Source: Amphiscolops sp. MND2022 (taxonomy: Eukaryota). From it: a stretch of 64,000 nt of DNA. The stretch is taken from contig OZ076411.1 in NCBI GenBank assembly GCA_964187785.1, positions 77,190,001 through 77,254,000 of the forward strand. The letters are read 5' to 3'. The translations under genes were made by a program, and so were the position numbers. Each line of letters opens with the position of its first letter. Position 1 is the stretch's first letter. Shown in pieces: positions 50,846 to 64,000 of this stretch. The notes under the pieces were generated by a model. It worked only from the letters and a program-made list of their open reading frames with translations. It ran no database searches and was not told the DNA's origin.

Positions 50846-52638
50846 TTATAAATATTCAAGTGCTAAAAGTTGTTCGTATTGAAATTCTAAACTTTGATGT
50901 TCAACTGTTTAATTTAGAGTTCAAAGTTTGTTGTTCAAAGATGAACAAGATAGAGGAAAAGATTGAAATGTACCATGAATGTGAGAAACGGTTAATTGTA
51001 CTATATTGAAGAAACATTTCAAAAGTGTTATCTGTATTTTGGGTACAAAAACGTATGTAGAAGACCAAAAGTCCAGGAATTTTTCAAAAATTAAAAAAAA
51101 CGTTTGCATTACATGTGGAGTTGTAAGAGTTTTGAAAAGCGTTTATAGCAGTCAATGATTTCAGTAAGAGTGGTGAAAGGTGTACCAGAAGGATTTCGTT
51201 TATATGGTTCGAGTTTTTGTTTTATATCACGAAGAGTACGAAGATTTAACATGACGGACATTTTGTCAGACGTAGTTTGAGAAGTTCCAGAGGGGGATCT
51301 ATGGCGGTCAATACAAGCAGATTTGCGTTCTGTATTTTGTTCATAGCTAACTATGAACGAAATGATTTTCGCAGAAATAGAAAGGAGTTCAGTATAGGGG
51401 TATGATTGTTTAGAAAGTGAGGTATAGTAAAGGTGTCTTTGTCATCGAGTGACGAAGAGACAAGATGTCTAAAAACTGCTAAAAATTCCACTATTTGCGT
51501 CGGAATATTGGTACCGTCCATATGAAGGCGGTTATATTGTTCAAAGTTGATACTCTTTTTTTCTTTTGCAGATATTGTACAGCACCTTAAGAATGGAGCG
51601 TGTAGTGGCATCAGTGACTTTCTCGTTATTCACTTCGAGAGATAATTTGAAGGCCAGCGTATGAAAATCGTTGCTTTTATACTATGTGCAGTTGTAGAAG
51701 ATGAAAACATTTTACGTGCGGGAAGAGCTAATGCCTGGGGATGTGAGAAAAGAAAAAAAGAACTCAGAAACAAATCTTAGTAAAATGAAGTTGTTGAAGT
51801 AGATGCAGATGGAACAAAAAAGACTGGGTTAAGTCTTGGTAAAATGAAGTGGTAGTCGTGGGATTAAGCCAAAGTGGCAACGAAGGAGCCGGAAGGAAAG
51901 AAGTTTCTGAAACAAAAAAAGTCTGAATTCTGAAATTTTTTGGCTCGTTTTTAAATTGTACCATAAATGGGTTATAAATATTCAAGTGCTAAAAGTTGTT
52001 CGTATTGAAATTGTAAATTTTGATGTTCAACTGTTTAATTCAGAGTTCAAAGTTTGATGTTCAAAGATGAACAAGAAAGAGGAAAAGATTGAAATGTACC
52101 ATAAATGTGAGGAACGGTTAATTGTACTATATTGAAGAAACATTTCAAAAGTGTTATCTGTATTTTGGGTACAAAAACGTATGTAGAAGACCAAAAATCC
52201 AGGAATTTTCCAAAAAATAAAAAACGTTTGTATTACATGTGGAGTTGTAAGAGTTTTGAAGTGCGTTTATAGCAGTCAATTATTTCAGTAAGAGTGGTGA
52301 AAAGTGTACCAGAAGGATTTCATTTATATGGTTCGAGTTTTTGTTTTATATCACGAAGAATCCGAAGATATAACGTGACTGACATTTTGTCAGACGTAGT
52401 TTGAGAAGTTCCAGAGGGGGATCTATGGCGGTCGATACAAGCAGATTTGCGTTCTGTATTTTGTTCAGAGTTAACTATGAACAAAATGACGTTCGCAGAA
52501 ATAAAAAGGAGTTCAGTATAGGGGCATGATTGTTTAGAAAGTGAGGTATAGTAAAGGTGTCTTTGTCATCGAGTGACGAAGAGACAAGATGTCTAAAAAC
52601 TGCTAAAAGTTCCACTATTTCACTATTTGTGTCGGAAT
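50846..52638. repeat. Internal direct repeat of about 660 bp (50846-51506 and 51972-52638)
   Basis: Both copies start TTATAAATATTCAAGTGCTAAAAG and end CCACTATTTG(C/T)GTCGGAAT; both encode LAVFRHLVSSSLDDKDTFTIPHFLNNH. Confidence 0.9.
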
Positions 52639-54199
52639 GTTTTGTAGCGTATGACGTATTCCTGAGGTACAATAAGTGGACGAGACGTATCATTATGAGG
52701 AAGAAGGCAAAAATATTGTTTGATTGGATCATAGTATTGTAATACATGTATCCCGTATTATTTGAGTGGTCAAGTGTATATACGTTTGTCATCGTGAAAG
52801 GAGAAGTATATTTGTAATTTGCAAAAATACAGTTCTGTGTTCTTTACTGTGGAAATTTACCATATGGAAATTGAACATAATGTGGTTTGATGACGAGTGG
52901 CTTTTTGAGAATTAGAGACAAACAAAGGATCAGTTTTGTTGGTTTGCAAATCATATATTGACGGGCGAAAAAAGTTGAACTGCAATTAGAAAAGTTTTAC
53001 TCTGTATTGATATAGCGTAATTGTCAAACCAGTATTGGTATAGAGGCAATATTTTGAAGCAATAGATGTGAAGAAATGTTGATTTTTATCGTACAGTTTG
53101 AATTTGTTGTCGGTAGGGGACGCTTATAAAGAGTTAGTTATCACAAGTTAGTTGTGATTTAAAAGTGAATCGATTGTGAGAAAGTATTGGTATCGAATGA
53201 TCATCTCTATTTGTAGAGGGTGAAGTTTTTGGACGTAAAATAGGTGGAGATATAGGCAAAGAAACAAATGCAGGATCTTTTCTAATTTCGTACTTCTATT
53301 TTGGTGGTGGCGGTGTTTCACGAGAAGTATCATTTTGTGTTGTTTCAGGAGGTGTGCGTTCTCTTGCAGAGATAGTATTATGTTCGAATTGTTCAATATT
53401 GATAGGAGGTTGATACTGATCCATTGCTTCAAGAAGAGAACTGGAGAATCGTTAAATAGAGGTTGAGTTATAAGGTCGTTAGTGTTTTGTAAAAGCTGGT
53501 TTTGAAGCTCTAGATGTGCTTGTGTCATATTGAAGATATTTTCATTATCAGACAACAAAGGCTTTGTCAGAGGCCTTTGGTGGAGGTGCTAGGATGCCAA
53601 GTTTAATATTTGGATTATTTGGTCTCTGAAGAGTTAATTCTATTACTGGAGTTATTTCAAGCTGAGGAAGGAGCTCATTTTTGAAATGGTGAAGTTTGTT
53701 GAAAAAGCGAAGTTGTTGAAGAAGTGGAAGAAGCTGAGATATTGAGTGAAACTGAAAGAGTGGAGGTAGCTGAGTTATTTAGAGTGAAAGTTGGCGTTAG
53801 TTGGAAGAGTGGAAGTAGCTGAGTTTTTTTGAATGAAAGTTGAGTGTTAAAAGAACCGTTTATGCAGGAGAAGTGAAAAATCTGAATGATTTCTTTAAAT
53901 AAGATGGCGGAGTAAAATGATAATTTGTTTTGGAATAGCCTTTGACAGGGTTTCCATTCTCATCATTGATAGGAGTTGTTTTTAACGAATAATCAGGTGA
54001 ATTTGGATTGGCAGTAGAATGATGAGGTACCGGACTTCTTTTTGGACGTTTTGTATACAAAATTGGTGTTGAAAAAATTTCAGATGGTTTACAGGAAGGA
54101 TTTGTTGGATAATCTGAGTTATCAGACGCTTCATCTAAAGAATGTTCAGTTATAGTTGATAAAGGAAGTTGTTCTGAATGTTTAGTGGGTGGTAGTTGT

Positions 54200-56400
54200 C
54201 ATTGAGTAAGAGCATCATTTAGATCAATGACCATTTCAGATGTAAGAATATTGAAAAAACCATGTGCAATAGAACTAAGGATAGTGAAATTATGTTTAGG
54301 ATTGTTTTTAATTGAAATTGTTCTGTAAAGTTTGATAAGAAATGTCAAGATTGTTTGTATAAAAAAGAATGTTGAAAAAAGAATTTCCCATTGTGTGAGA
54401 ATGTAACATTGATATCCAAACGGTGAAATAAAAGCTTGAGAGAACCATGTATGTGTAAAAAGTGGAGTTAATTTAAGAAGTATATCATGTAGTCCAGTAC
54501 GTAATGTAAATTTTGATCATTATGAGAAAATGCATAATAATTTGGTTTATTAAAGGAAGTGAAGGAATACCTAAGAGCTTTTCCTGAAAGTTGTAAAGTG
54601 GTATCAGAGTGTTTTGAGATGAGTATTTTGATCCGAAATTAATCAAGTTCGGCATTAGAATTTATACCAGCATCTTGAGCTGTGAATGTATTAGGTCGTA
54701 CTGTAGTTTTAGTTTGAGATGGTGTGAACATAAGTGGTGGGTTTCGTTTAATTGTTTCAGGTTTAGGAATGTAATAGCCGTGATCATCATGGATCATATT
54801 TCATCGATTATTATTAGACGTTGTAAAAGTAGCATAGTCAAACGTTTGTCTTGTGATAGGATCTACGTACATAAGAGTATCTTTAATATGTATAATGCTT
54901 AAAGGCAATATTGACATACATAAAGGCCTGCAGTGGAACCTTCAACATAAAGAAAGTGACTTCTGTTTCCTGTTTAGAGGAATCCAGCAAGTTGAGGGTT
55001 TTGTGCTGACATTGCATGTACTGTAAAAAATTGGTTTCGTTCTAATTCGCATACAGTATGAAGAGTGTTTAATACTTGTACTATCATGGAACCGAAATGG
55101 TTAGTTGTATAATCTGTTTTTGTATTATTATCTGCATCATAGTCAATGATAGCAAAGTTATTTGAAATATTGAGTGCAGGGAAGACATATTTAATATTAT
55201 TGGGATCTAAAACTAATTCTCCTGATTGATTACAGAGTGAGGATTTGGTTGCCCCGTACGCATGTTAAGCCATCAGTATATGTAACAAAAAGGTCAGAAT
55301 CTTGTGTTGCATAAAGAAGTTCTGGTTTGCTACAAAATGTTTGAGCGTGTGGAAAAGCTTCGAGTTGTGAAAGACTAGGTTTGTGTCAATTTGTGTATGC
55401 GGAGCATGTACGCATGGAAAGGTGTTTCTTTAAAACCATGGGTTGTGCCAGTTTTGTTTGGAACGGAAGAGCGTACAAAAGAATCTGTTTCAATCCAATA
55501 TTGGTGTTCGATCTTGGTCATTCGTCCGAACAAAATCTTGTAATGTAAAAATGAGACAAAAGTTGTCACTAAAGCAAACTAAAGTTTTAGGCGTTTGTGT
55601 GGTTGGTTTACAAAAACCGTCGGCAAAGTAACATGGTAATGTATGACCGTCGGTAATCATAACATTTTCTGTGTCATCATATGTGAGTTCTGTTTCAGCA
55701 ATTGAAAGTCGCCAACTGACTCAGTTAACTTCAAATTGGTGATGAGCGGGACAATTATGAGAGGGGTTTCATTTTGGATCACAGAGGCAAATTTCATCTG
55801 CAGGCCTTAGTATATATAAACGAAACAGTGTACATTTTGTTAAAATGATAGACAGTAACAAGGGTTTGAAGTTGTTCCTTTCTTTCTTGAAAATACTGAT
55901 CTTCAAGAAGTGTGAAAGTTTTGTTGTCACTCAAGTTGTTGAATTTTTCATTGTTAGTACCATTGATTTGTCTAATTAGATGTTTACGTTCTGCAGGAAC
56001 AAGAGTAACATGAAGTGGCATTGTGTTATAATTCCAAACAGTTCTATCAACACGTCTAAGTTCAACAGAGCCTTGAAAACATGTTTTTTGTTCATTCTTT
56101 GCAAAAAGTTCACATTTGAAAGCTTCGTCAGGTTTAGCTTTTGCGCGAACATAGACCCGTGCTTTACCATTGACAAGTTGTATGTTAGATGGAGCTTCAG
56201 TGCATTGTTTCACAATTAATAAGTTAGACTGTTTATGTTGTTTTGTACAGTTATAATGGGAAGCTTTGAGATTTTCATTGTTCGGATCATCAGATGGAAG
56301 ACAATCAGTTAGTTCAATAGGTATGGCATGTGTATTGTGTAGGAGTTGGATACCTAATATTATATGCGTGAAGGAAAGAAGTGTTGTTTCAAAGGAAGTA
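54200..56400 (-). pseudogene. env: env-like glycoprotein of element D (candidate class III fusion protein), frameshifted
   Basis: Signal-peptide-like TLLSFTHIILGIQLL, then HYNCTKQH...VKQCTEAP...VYVRAKAK. Mid-region LNTLHTVCELERNQ...MSAQNPQLAGFL*TGNRSHFLYVEGSTAGLYVC. Hydrophobic C-terminal segment near 54450-54330. Confidence 0.65.
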
Positions 56401-57717
56401 GTTAATTTTAGTCCTGGATAGGGATTGTAAAATACACTTTTGCCATAAGCTAAATCAGTAAGTTGAGGGTCACGGTTAAAATCCATATACCTGACTTCAT
56501 ACGGTGCATGACTAAACTTATGTTCTATATTAGCGACGTGAAATACTGGATGAGCGATTAGGCCTTGGAACATAACCTTGACTTAAAACTTTAGTTCTGA
56601 AGAAGTGTTCTTTAGAAATTTGAGTTCCGTTTCTTTTCTCTTGTTTGAAAGTGAATCGTTAGTTGTAATGAAACGTTCTGTAAGAATAGGAAAACGAGGA
56701 TCGCTATTGTTTTGTGGGCGTATATAGGTACACACTGTCAACAAGTATAGGATGGTTGGCAAAATAAAAAGCTGGAGGTTGAGAATGTTCTGCAGTAAAA
56801 TATTCGGGTTATCTCACGTGTGCAGGAACAGGAGTAGGAAGGAGAAGCGGTGTCAAGGCCAGATGTAAAAAATGATTGTGGAACAAGTTCTGAAGATTGA
56901 GTGTCATAGAATAGTTGTTGGGCGTGGTGCCTTGCGAGGCGTAATGCAGTTTTACTCGAAAGGGCAGAAAAATCGAATAGTGTTGAAGTGTCAGTACTAA
57001 GTTCCCGTGAAAAAAGATTTCTACGATTATATCTGTTGTGGAATGAAAAGTGAGCTGGTAGTGTCTTGAGATAGTTGTAGATATTCTGAAGAGTTGTCTA
57101 AAAGATTCGATAGGGAAGAAATTTGTTTCTGAAAAAATGTTTGAGAGGAGGATATGTTTTTGTTGTATTGAAAGAATTCATTTCTGAAGGTAGGTGTAAT
57201 GAAGGAAGCGGAGAGTATTCAGTCTTCTGGATCAGGTATATGTACAATATTTGAGTGAGGTTGAAGACAAACAGTTTGGATAGCAGTGGGATGTTTGTAA
57301 TTTCAGGAAAGGATACGTGTACGGAAGGAGTATGAATCGGTGATGGTTGAGATTGAGAACGTGAAGTAATAGGTATTTCAGATAAGGGTGGTCTACTAAT
57401 ATGAGATACAGTTGTAGATACCGAAGATGATGCAACTGCAATATGTGATCTTGATCTGTTGGAAGGAGTGATAGGCGTTACATTGTGAGATAGGCGTTAC
57501 ATGGTGGATTGGTATAACAGTTTGAGAGTCTGAGGTAGAAGAAAGACTTGGAGCAGGAGAGCAGGAGATGTTTTAGAAGAAGACTCCAGGGTGACAGTTC
57601 AGTGAAGACAATTTTGTTTTCTCCGTGATTGTAATTGTTTTGGTGTTACTGGTTATCATCGAGTTTTCAAAGTTTTGAAGGTGGTATGAAAAGACTACTT
57701 TTTTCGCGATTGTTGTC

Positions 57718-60700
57718 TCACGTTTTAATGAGTTTACCTTTTTTTACTCGCAGATTGGTTCTGAGATGAGTGACGTGATCGTTCAAAAGGTGTATAAGTT
57801 TGATGAATTTAATTATTTGTTTCAAAGTTGAGTTTTCATTTTTTGTCAGAGGTGAGTTGTCATTTGAAAGAGGATTTAGAGACGTGTGATTTGTATTTGA
57901 AGAAGGTATTAAGGGTTTGGATTGGTATGATAGTGAGAGATCGTTTTGTAATGATTGTTCATCAGAAAGGGATTCATTTGAATTGAAAGAAGAAGATTCG
58001 CTATCTGCAAATTTGATTGGTTTTGGAATGCCAAATTGAATTGAGTCTGAAAAACGCATGAAGTCACGAAGATGAGGGTACAAAAAGGGATATTTTAGGT
58101 AATACGGAATCAAATGATTTCGATCTGTATGAAAGGTTGAACCGTCTTGAAAAAAGTTCATACGTGACGTCAGAAAGTCCCTCGAGTATTTTGTTTGAAC
58201 CAATCCGAAGGGGTTTTTGTTTGTCTGAAAAGTGAACTTGTGAAAAAGTACGTTTTATTACAAAGGTTTCAACAGGAAGAAGTTTTCCTTCACGATAGAT
58301 TATTGTAACATAGGCTGGGGAATTGATTTTACGGACAGTGTTGTCGTAAACTGTAGAATAAATTTGTAACATAGCAGTTTCTTCTGCAAGAAACCATTGA
58401 GGAAGAGGTTTAGATAGTGTACGCTAATAGAATGTGTTAAGATCTGTTTTGTCATAGTGTGAATGTTCAGACAGTTCAGAGCAATTTTTGAAATACATGT
58501 TCTGTTAGAGTCTCTATTGAGGTTTAGGTCAAATGTGAGTGGAATTCAAGGACGTGTGTGAAAAACAATTATATGAGCAGAGACGTTTAAAGAAGAGAAA
58601 GGTTGTGAATTGTGTGCGTATGCGTAAATATTGACTTGGGTAGCGCAATATTTAGGAGTATTTTGAAGGAATATACGAAGATGTGCACCACGATTCTTGT
58701 TTTGAACTTCAACGAGTCGATTTGTCCAAGAGTAAGGAGTTCTAGGAGAGTGGCGGATACCCATAAGAGTATATAACGGTGACATAGCAGTGTTAATATA
58801 TTCTGATCCACGATCAGTGACAAAGTATATTGGTGGACCGAACATGATAATTCAATGGTGAAGAAGTGACTTGACAGCAGTTTTAGCGTTATTAGATTTG
58901 AATGGAACTGTAACAACAAAGTTTCTAAAAGCGTCGACATTGACATGTATGTATGATTTGTTCTGTGAAAGAGGATTAATAGGCCTTTTGTGTCCATTGA
59001 GATTCTGTAATTGAAGGAGGGAGCGAAAATATTGTTCTGAAAAAGATTGTATTAGAGCGGTCTGAATCTTCTGGTTAAAGTGTTTGTTACGTTGTTGACA
59101 TTCAAGACAGTCATGTATGAAAATGGATAGCTATTTTCCAAGGAAAAGAATGTAGTAGTAGTACTGTGAGAAAGTGTTGTAAGTATTTTTAGGACCTGTG
59201 TGACAATGGTCAAGAAGTTTGTTGAAAGTTGTTTTGAAGAGGTGGAATGGTAGCGAAATTTTGAATTTAGATAGAGAAATGTTACAATTCAAGTCTGAGG
59301 ATGTTGCAGAAAAGTTTTGTTTTTTAGAAGAAAGGCTGATAAGGTTAGTAGAGTCATCGATAAAAAGCTGTGAAAAGATTTTATTATATGCATGTAAAAA
59401 TGGAGTACTATTGATTTGAGGTGTCAAAAATTTCTGGTTTAGTGTTGTGAGAAAGCCAGTAATATACACTTTTGTGTACTGGACCATGTGATTGTTTTTG
59501 TTTAAGAGTGTGTAGTCCCACGAGTGATCCTCAGGCAAAACAAAGCCTTGAAAGTAGTTTTTGTATTTGAAAAAAAGATAGGTCGAAAAAAGGAATTTTT
59601 TTGTGAACTTTGTGTTGAAAGTTTATTAGGTTGTTGTGTCTCAATAGCGTTAGTAGGAAATATATCAGATTTTGAATTTGTGAATGTTCAAAAAATTTTG
59701 GTCAATAAAAGTATTGTACGGTGTGAACATTGTTGAATCTTTTGGAATTTTTGTGTAAATATGATCTTCATCACCACTATTGATATCAGTGTCATTACGT
59801 AAAAGTGATTGTGGATGAAGAGATATGTTATATATGTTATGTTTTTATAGGAGTTTTGACTTTCAGCTGAATTGATGTGATAGGTTTAATAGAAAAAGAG
59901 CCGAGAAGTTTGACGATGTTTTTTTACCTTTATCATTACGGAAAGAAAATACGGAAAGAAAATTGGTCTGTGCCATGATCAGCAAGAATAGGGTGAGAAT
60001 CGTGTTTTTGATGAGGTAAGACTTCTTCGTGTTTACTTGAGCATTATACAGGTTCAAGTGTATTGCATTGTAAGATTGCAAAGTCAATTTGTTGAGGTTG
60101 TAGCTTGTGTTTAAGATGATTAAGTTGTAATTCAATTTTTGTAAAAGAACGACTGAGCATGTCAGCAACAGAAAACTTGTTTTAAGGTGTGTGAATGATT
60201 TTAAGTTTAGGAACTTTTGTTAGTTTCGAGCACGATAAAATTGTGAACTAAGGTTGCTTCTTTGTAGAACAGTGTAAAAAAGGTTTATGGGCTGTGAAAA
60301 TGTGGATTGGATGCGGAGATCCAATGATATTAAATCATAAATTTGTAGCGCGTTTACAATACCAATAAGTTCACAATCAGGTTTAGATAGTTTTTGTTCT
60401 TGTGGGTTGAGATTTCGCGAGTTGTAAGAAATGACTTTCATTTTGTTTTCTTCAATAAGTTGGAAAAGGACCGCGCCTAATCCCATCAGAGAAGCATCGA
60501 CTGTAATAAAAACTGGATGTCTTGTATTAGGTTTTGTATCTTCACTATCATATGTGAGAGAGGATTTTACCTTTTGAAATAAAACTTCGTGTTCCGAAGT
60601 CCAGTTCCATGGGGTGTTTTCGTGTGAAAGATCGTAGAAGGGTTTAAGATTCACATGCAGTTATTCAATAAACTTTGTATGACAGTTGAGTGCACCGATA

Positions 60701-62450
60701 AAACTCATACGAGGAATTTTACCACTGGGAGAAAGAATTTTATGCTTAGCAGCAATTTTTGATTGTATGTGTTTTATAGTGTTATAATCAATTTCATGTC
60801 CAAGAATTTTGACTTTCAGAACATAAAGAAAGATTTTTCAGGAGCAACTTTAGGATTGTTTTTGTAACAATGAGGTGAAGTTGTTCAATATGTTGAAACA
60901 CGTGTTCTTTAGAGTGAGAAAGGAGTAAAACTTCATCAAAGTACACAAGGGCAAAACCTTGGTCTATGAGAGTATCGAAAAAACTGACATCTGTTTAGTG
61001 AAGAAATTTGGGAGGCCCTTGAGACCACAGAAGCCTAAAAGGAAAGCAAAGACTTTTTCACCTGATCAAAAACTGGTGAACATTATTGTTTCTTCATCAA
61101 GAGGTGTGTGAGCATAAGCGAACATAAGATCAATTGCACATTTATACGATTTGTTTGTGCGAGCAAGTTATGGAGCAAGAGTTTCATAGGCCATGATTCA
61201 TCAGATTGATCTGTGGTAGAGTTAAGGTCTCTTGCGTCTAATACACATTTAATAGAGCCTCCCTGGGGAATATTAAAAAGTTTATTTAGATAGATAGTAC
61301 CATTGGTAGGTTTATCTTGTGGAGAAGAACCAATTTACCAATTTGTTCAATAACACTGTGTATTTCGATTTCTGTGAGAAGGGCGTTCAATTTGTCTCCA
61401 TAATGTATTGGAACTTTACATGGACGTTTTGTCATATATTGGGCATTCGATTTAAGTCTAATACGAAAGGGAGAGGAAATATTTCCAACAACAGTTTTAT
61501 TAGTAGCATAGGAATTTTTGTGTTTTATCAATAAGTTACAGAGTGTACCATTTTCTGTATCTGCAAGATCCGAAAGAAGAAAAGTAGATTTCCTCATGAA
61601 TTTGGGATTTTCTTTTGTATATAGAAGAAAGGGGAAATTATGAGGTTTAGTTGTATCAGACGTTGGTTGTACATTGTAGAGAGAGGAAATTGTAGTCTTT
61701 GTTAAAGTATCTGTCATATGAACTTGATGTAATGAAAAAGACAGTAAGGATGATGTTTCATCAGTATATTGTAGAGCGTAATTTGTCTCGGGTATAGGTT
61801 CAGTAATATCGGGATGGTAGGTATGAGCGACGTTGTGTACTAGAGAGTTAAAATCACTGAATTGATAAATTTTGGGTTTTCAATTTTACTTGGAACTTCA
61901 ATGAAGCCAATATGTCCTGTAGGTAAAGTAGCAGTGTGATTGGTTGAGATTTGTTTGATTGTTGCACAAGTGATAGGTTTATCTTGGTTAAACACTGCAA
62001 TAAAATTGAATGTTGTACGAAATTTAGTAGAGAAGTAAGTATGCGGAAATGTAGGGAAAAATTAATTTTTGGTGTAGTCGTGAAGTGAAGGTTATAGTAG
62101 TTTTTTGTTGGAAAGTGTGCAGCTTTGTAAGACTTGGGTTATATACGTATTTGTGTTAGAGTTAATTCTATAGATGTACGAGAAGTATAAATAGTCCTTA
62201 GATAAGAGTGATGTGAAATTGGTATATTTTGGATGTACTTTTGAATGGTGTTTAAATTTTAATTCAAAGTCTTGGATATTAATGTTTTGTATATATTCTT
62301 CAAAGAAAGGTGCACCAAGAATTTTGTATTTAATATCAGCTACTGCGAAGAGAAGTGTGAATTGTATAGAATAGTCTTCGATAATAGTATTTAATATAAA
62401 GGATTATAATATAAAACTTTTGTTTGATTTGCTACAGTTAAAGTTATCCA
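57718..62450 (-). pseudogene. pol: pol of element D (PR relic, RT, RNase H, integrase), heavily degenerate
   Basis: RT GFALVYFDEVLLLSH near 60950. RH FITVDASLMGLGAVLFQ...VISYNSR (60220-60654). IN FGPPIYFVTDRGSEY (58546-58845) and HCHTG zinc-binding relic. PR tail FAVADIKYKILGAPF. Confidence 0.85.
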
Positions 62451-62666
62451 CAAGTTAAGTGCATCATGTTATGTTGTTTCGAGAAGTTTTGCAGAATTGA
62501 TGTAAGTAGGATTTTCTAGTACTGAAATGAAAGCACCACTGTCTAAAAAATGCAGTTAGTAATCGTGTTGGGAAATCACGTTGAGTTTGATTGAGTGGAG
62601 TGTGACAGTATATTGAGTAGAACCAACTTGTTGGTTTTAGGGTATTTGCCAATTCATTAGGGTGAT

Positions 62667-63958
62667 TCATTTGTACTTCAAAGTTGAGACGATCTTTTGG
62701 AGTTTGAAGTTGAATTGTGTTAGGTTTGTTTCCTGTACTTCTGTGTGATTGAGATCTAAAATATCCAGGATCTCTTGGCCTGGAAGGTTGTCTGAAGGAG
62801 GAAGTATATCTGGAGAAATTGTTATCTCTTGAATACGAGCGAGATCTATATGTGTTACGAGAGTCATGTCTATGCGGAGATCGATACGAGGATCGATAAG
62901 GAGAACGAAAAGAATCTCTTTTATAACTGTCATATCATAAAGGAGTGTAATGTGAAGGAGTGGTACTTTTGTCATAAGCAAAACGATCTCTAGAGCTAGA
63001 GCGGTATCAGTTTTGTGAAGTGCTGTTTTTGTTATAATAAGTGTTACGTGATGAACTTCGACTTCGAAGAGCAATATTTTATTAAATGCAGGTTTTGTTT
63101 TGTTGTTGGGGTCCCGAGGTTGTGTAAAAATAGGTTGTGCATTTTGTGGAGAATTATCTAGAGTTTGTGTTTTAATTTGTTTTGTAACATTAATGAATTC
63201 AAGACTAAGATCATGTGTGCGTATTTTGTCGTTAGCTATATCTTCATCGTCAACAAGTTTTACTAGTGTGTGAAAGGGAATTGAATGTTTCAACACAGTA
63301 GCAGTCTTTTTTGGAGTAGCAGATTTTTGGAAGTCCCTTCGTGAAAGTTTCAATACACTTCAAGTTAATTGTTGATGTGTTCTCATTGCATCTGCCTTTT
63401 CCAACTAATTGTTGAGCTTTGATTGCAAAGCGGCGAACTGTTCCATTGTCCTTTTGAACAAATTTAGCAGCTTAAACTTGAGCGTAGTAAGCGTTTTGCT
63501 GTGATGAATATTGTTATTAAATGCTTGTACAAAAGCAGACCAATCTCGTTTAAATGTGTTATTCAAACGAATGTACCAACTGAGAGCTGTACCAATTAAA
63601 GAACGTTGTATAAAAACATACGTGTAGCCTGCCAAACTTTATATTCATGGTCTGTAGTAGTTTGTAAACCTATGGAGAAAGTAACACGTGCCTCAATATG
63701 TTGTAAATATTCTTCAGGTGTATAATAATGGTCGAAACGTTCAAAGGGATAATTATGTTCAGATATAGATGCGGAAGAGTTAATATATGTTGGGTTTGAT
63801 ACTGTTGAAGAATGTATTGTAGCATGTGGTATTGTATGATAAGTAGCTGCAATAGAAGGATTTGGAGGTATAGTAGATGTAACGTTAATGTGAGGATTTG
63901 CTAGTTGAAGGAATATTTGATGTATGAAAGCGTGAAATTTGAATTGTGTTATGTACAT
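62667..63958 (-). pseudogene. gag: gag of element D, degenerate
   Basis: SLIGTALSWYIRLNNTFKRDWSAFVQAF is a retrotransposon Gag capsid-type signature; EEYLQHIEARVTF lies upstream. Confidence 0.75.
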
Positions 63959-64000
63959 GATTAGAAAAGTAAGATGTTGAAAGTGAGTTTAAATTGGTTG

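Larger units (their letters stand above)
48936..64000 (-). mobile_element. Element D: decayed env-bearing Ty3/Gypsy retroelement, 5' end beyond the window
   Basis: Order on the minus strand: gag (about 63960-62670), PR relic, RT, RH, IN, env-like ORF, 4-kb accessory region, PPT, LTR. Confidence 0.8.

Overview
Eukaryotic, repeat-dense genomic DNA, not prokaryotic; by composition and element types it resembles an invertebrate genome (an acoel flatworm is my guess, inference only). The window is mostly nested, decaying retroelements. (A) 1-4938: the 3' part of a probable plus-strand Gypsy element with a minus-strand, intron-containing zinc-finger gene. Next is a minus-strand LINE relic (about 4990-9012) whose ORF1/5' region sits in a 2035-bp tandem duplication (7912-11981). 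(C) A decayed minus-strand LTR-element relic (about 13100-38270) is split by (B), a 20-kb minus-strand Ty3/Gypsy element (15842-35811, TSD TTAAT, ~1.5-kb LTRs). B carries a 5.7-kb accessory region with an antisense multi-exon gene, a MITE in its 3' LTR, and (E) a younger plus-strand Gypsy element (30045-34952, TSD ATCTC) in its 5' LTR. After several MITE-like repeats and an LTR-like gag fragment come two exons of a host rhodopsin-type GPCR (47569-48646). (D) A minus-strand env-bearing Gypsy relic runs from about 48.9 kb past the window end. Two long fold-back palindromes lie at 45.6 and 50.1 kb. The most novel-looking signal is LTR retrotransposons that carry a spliced antisense zinc-finger gene and encode their Gag N-terminus inside the LTR. 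All alignments, identities and splice calls were made by eye.
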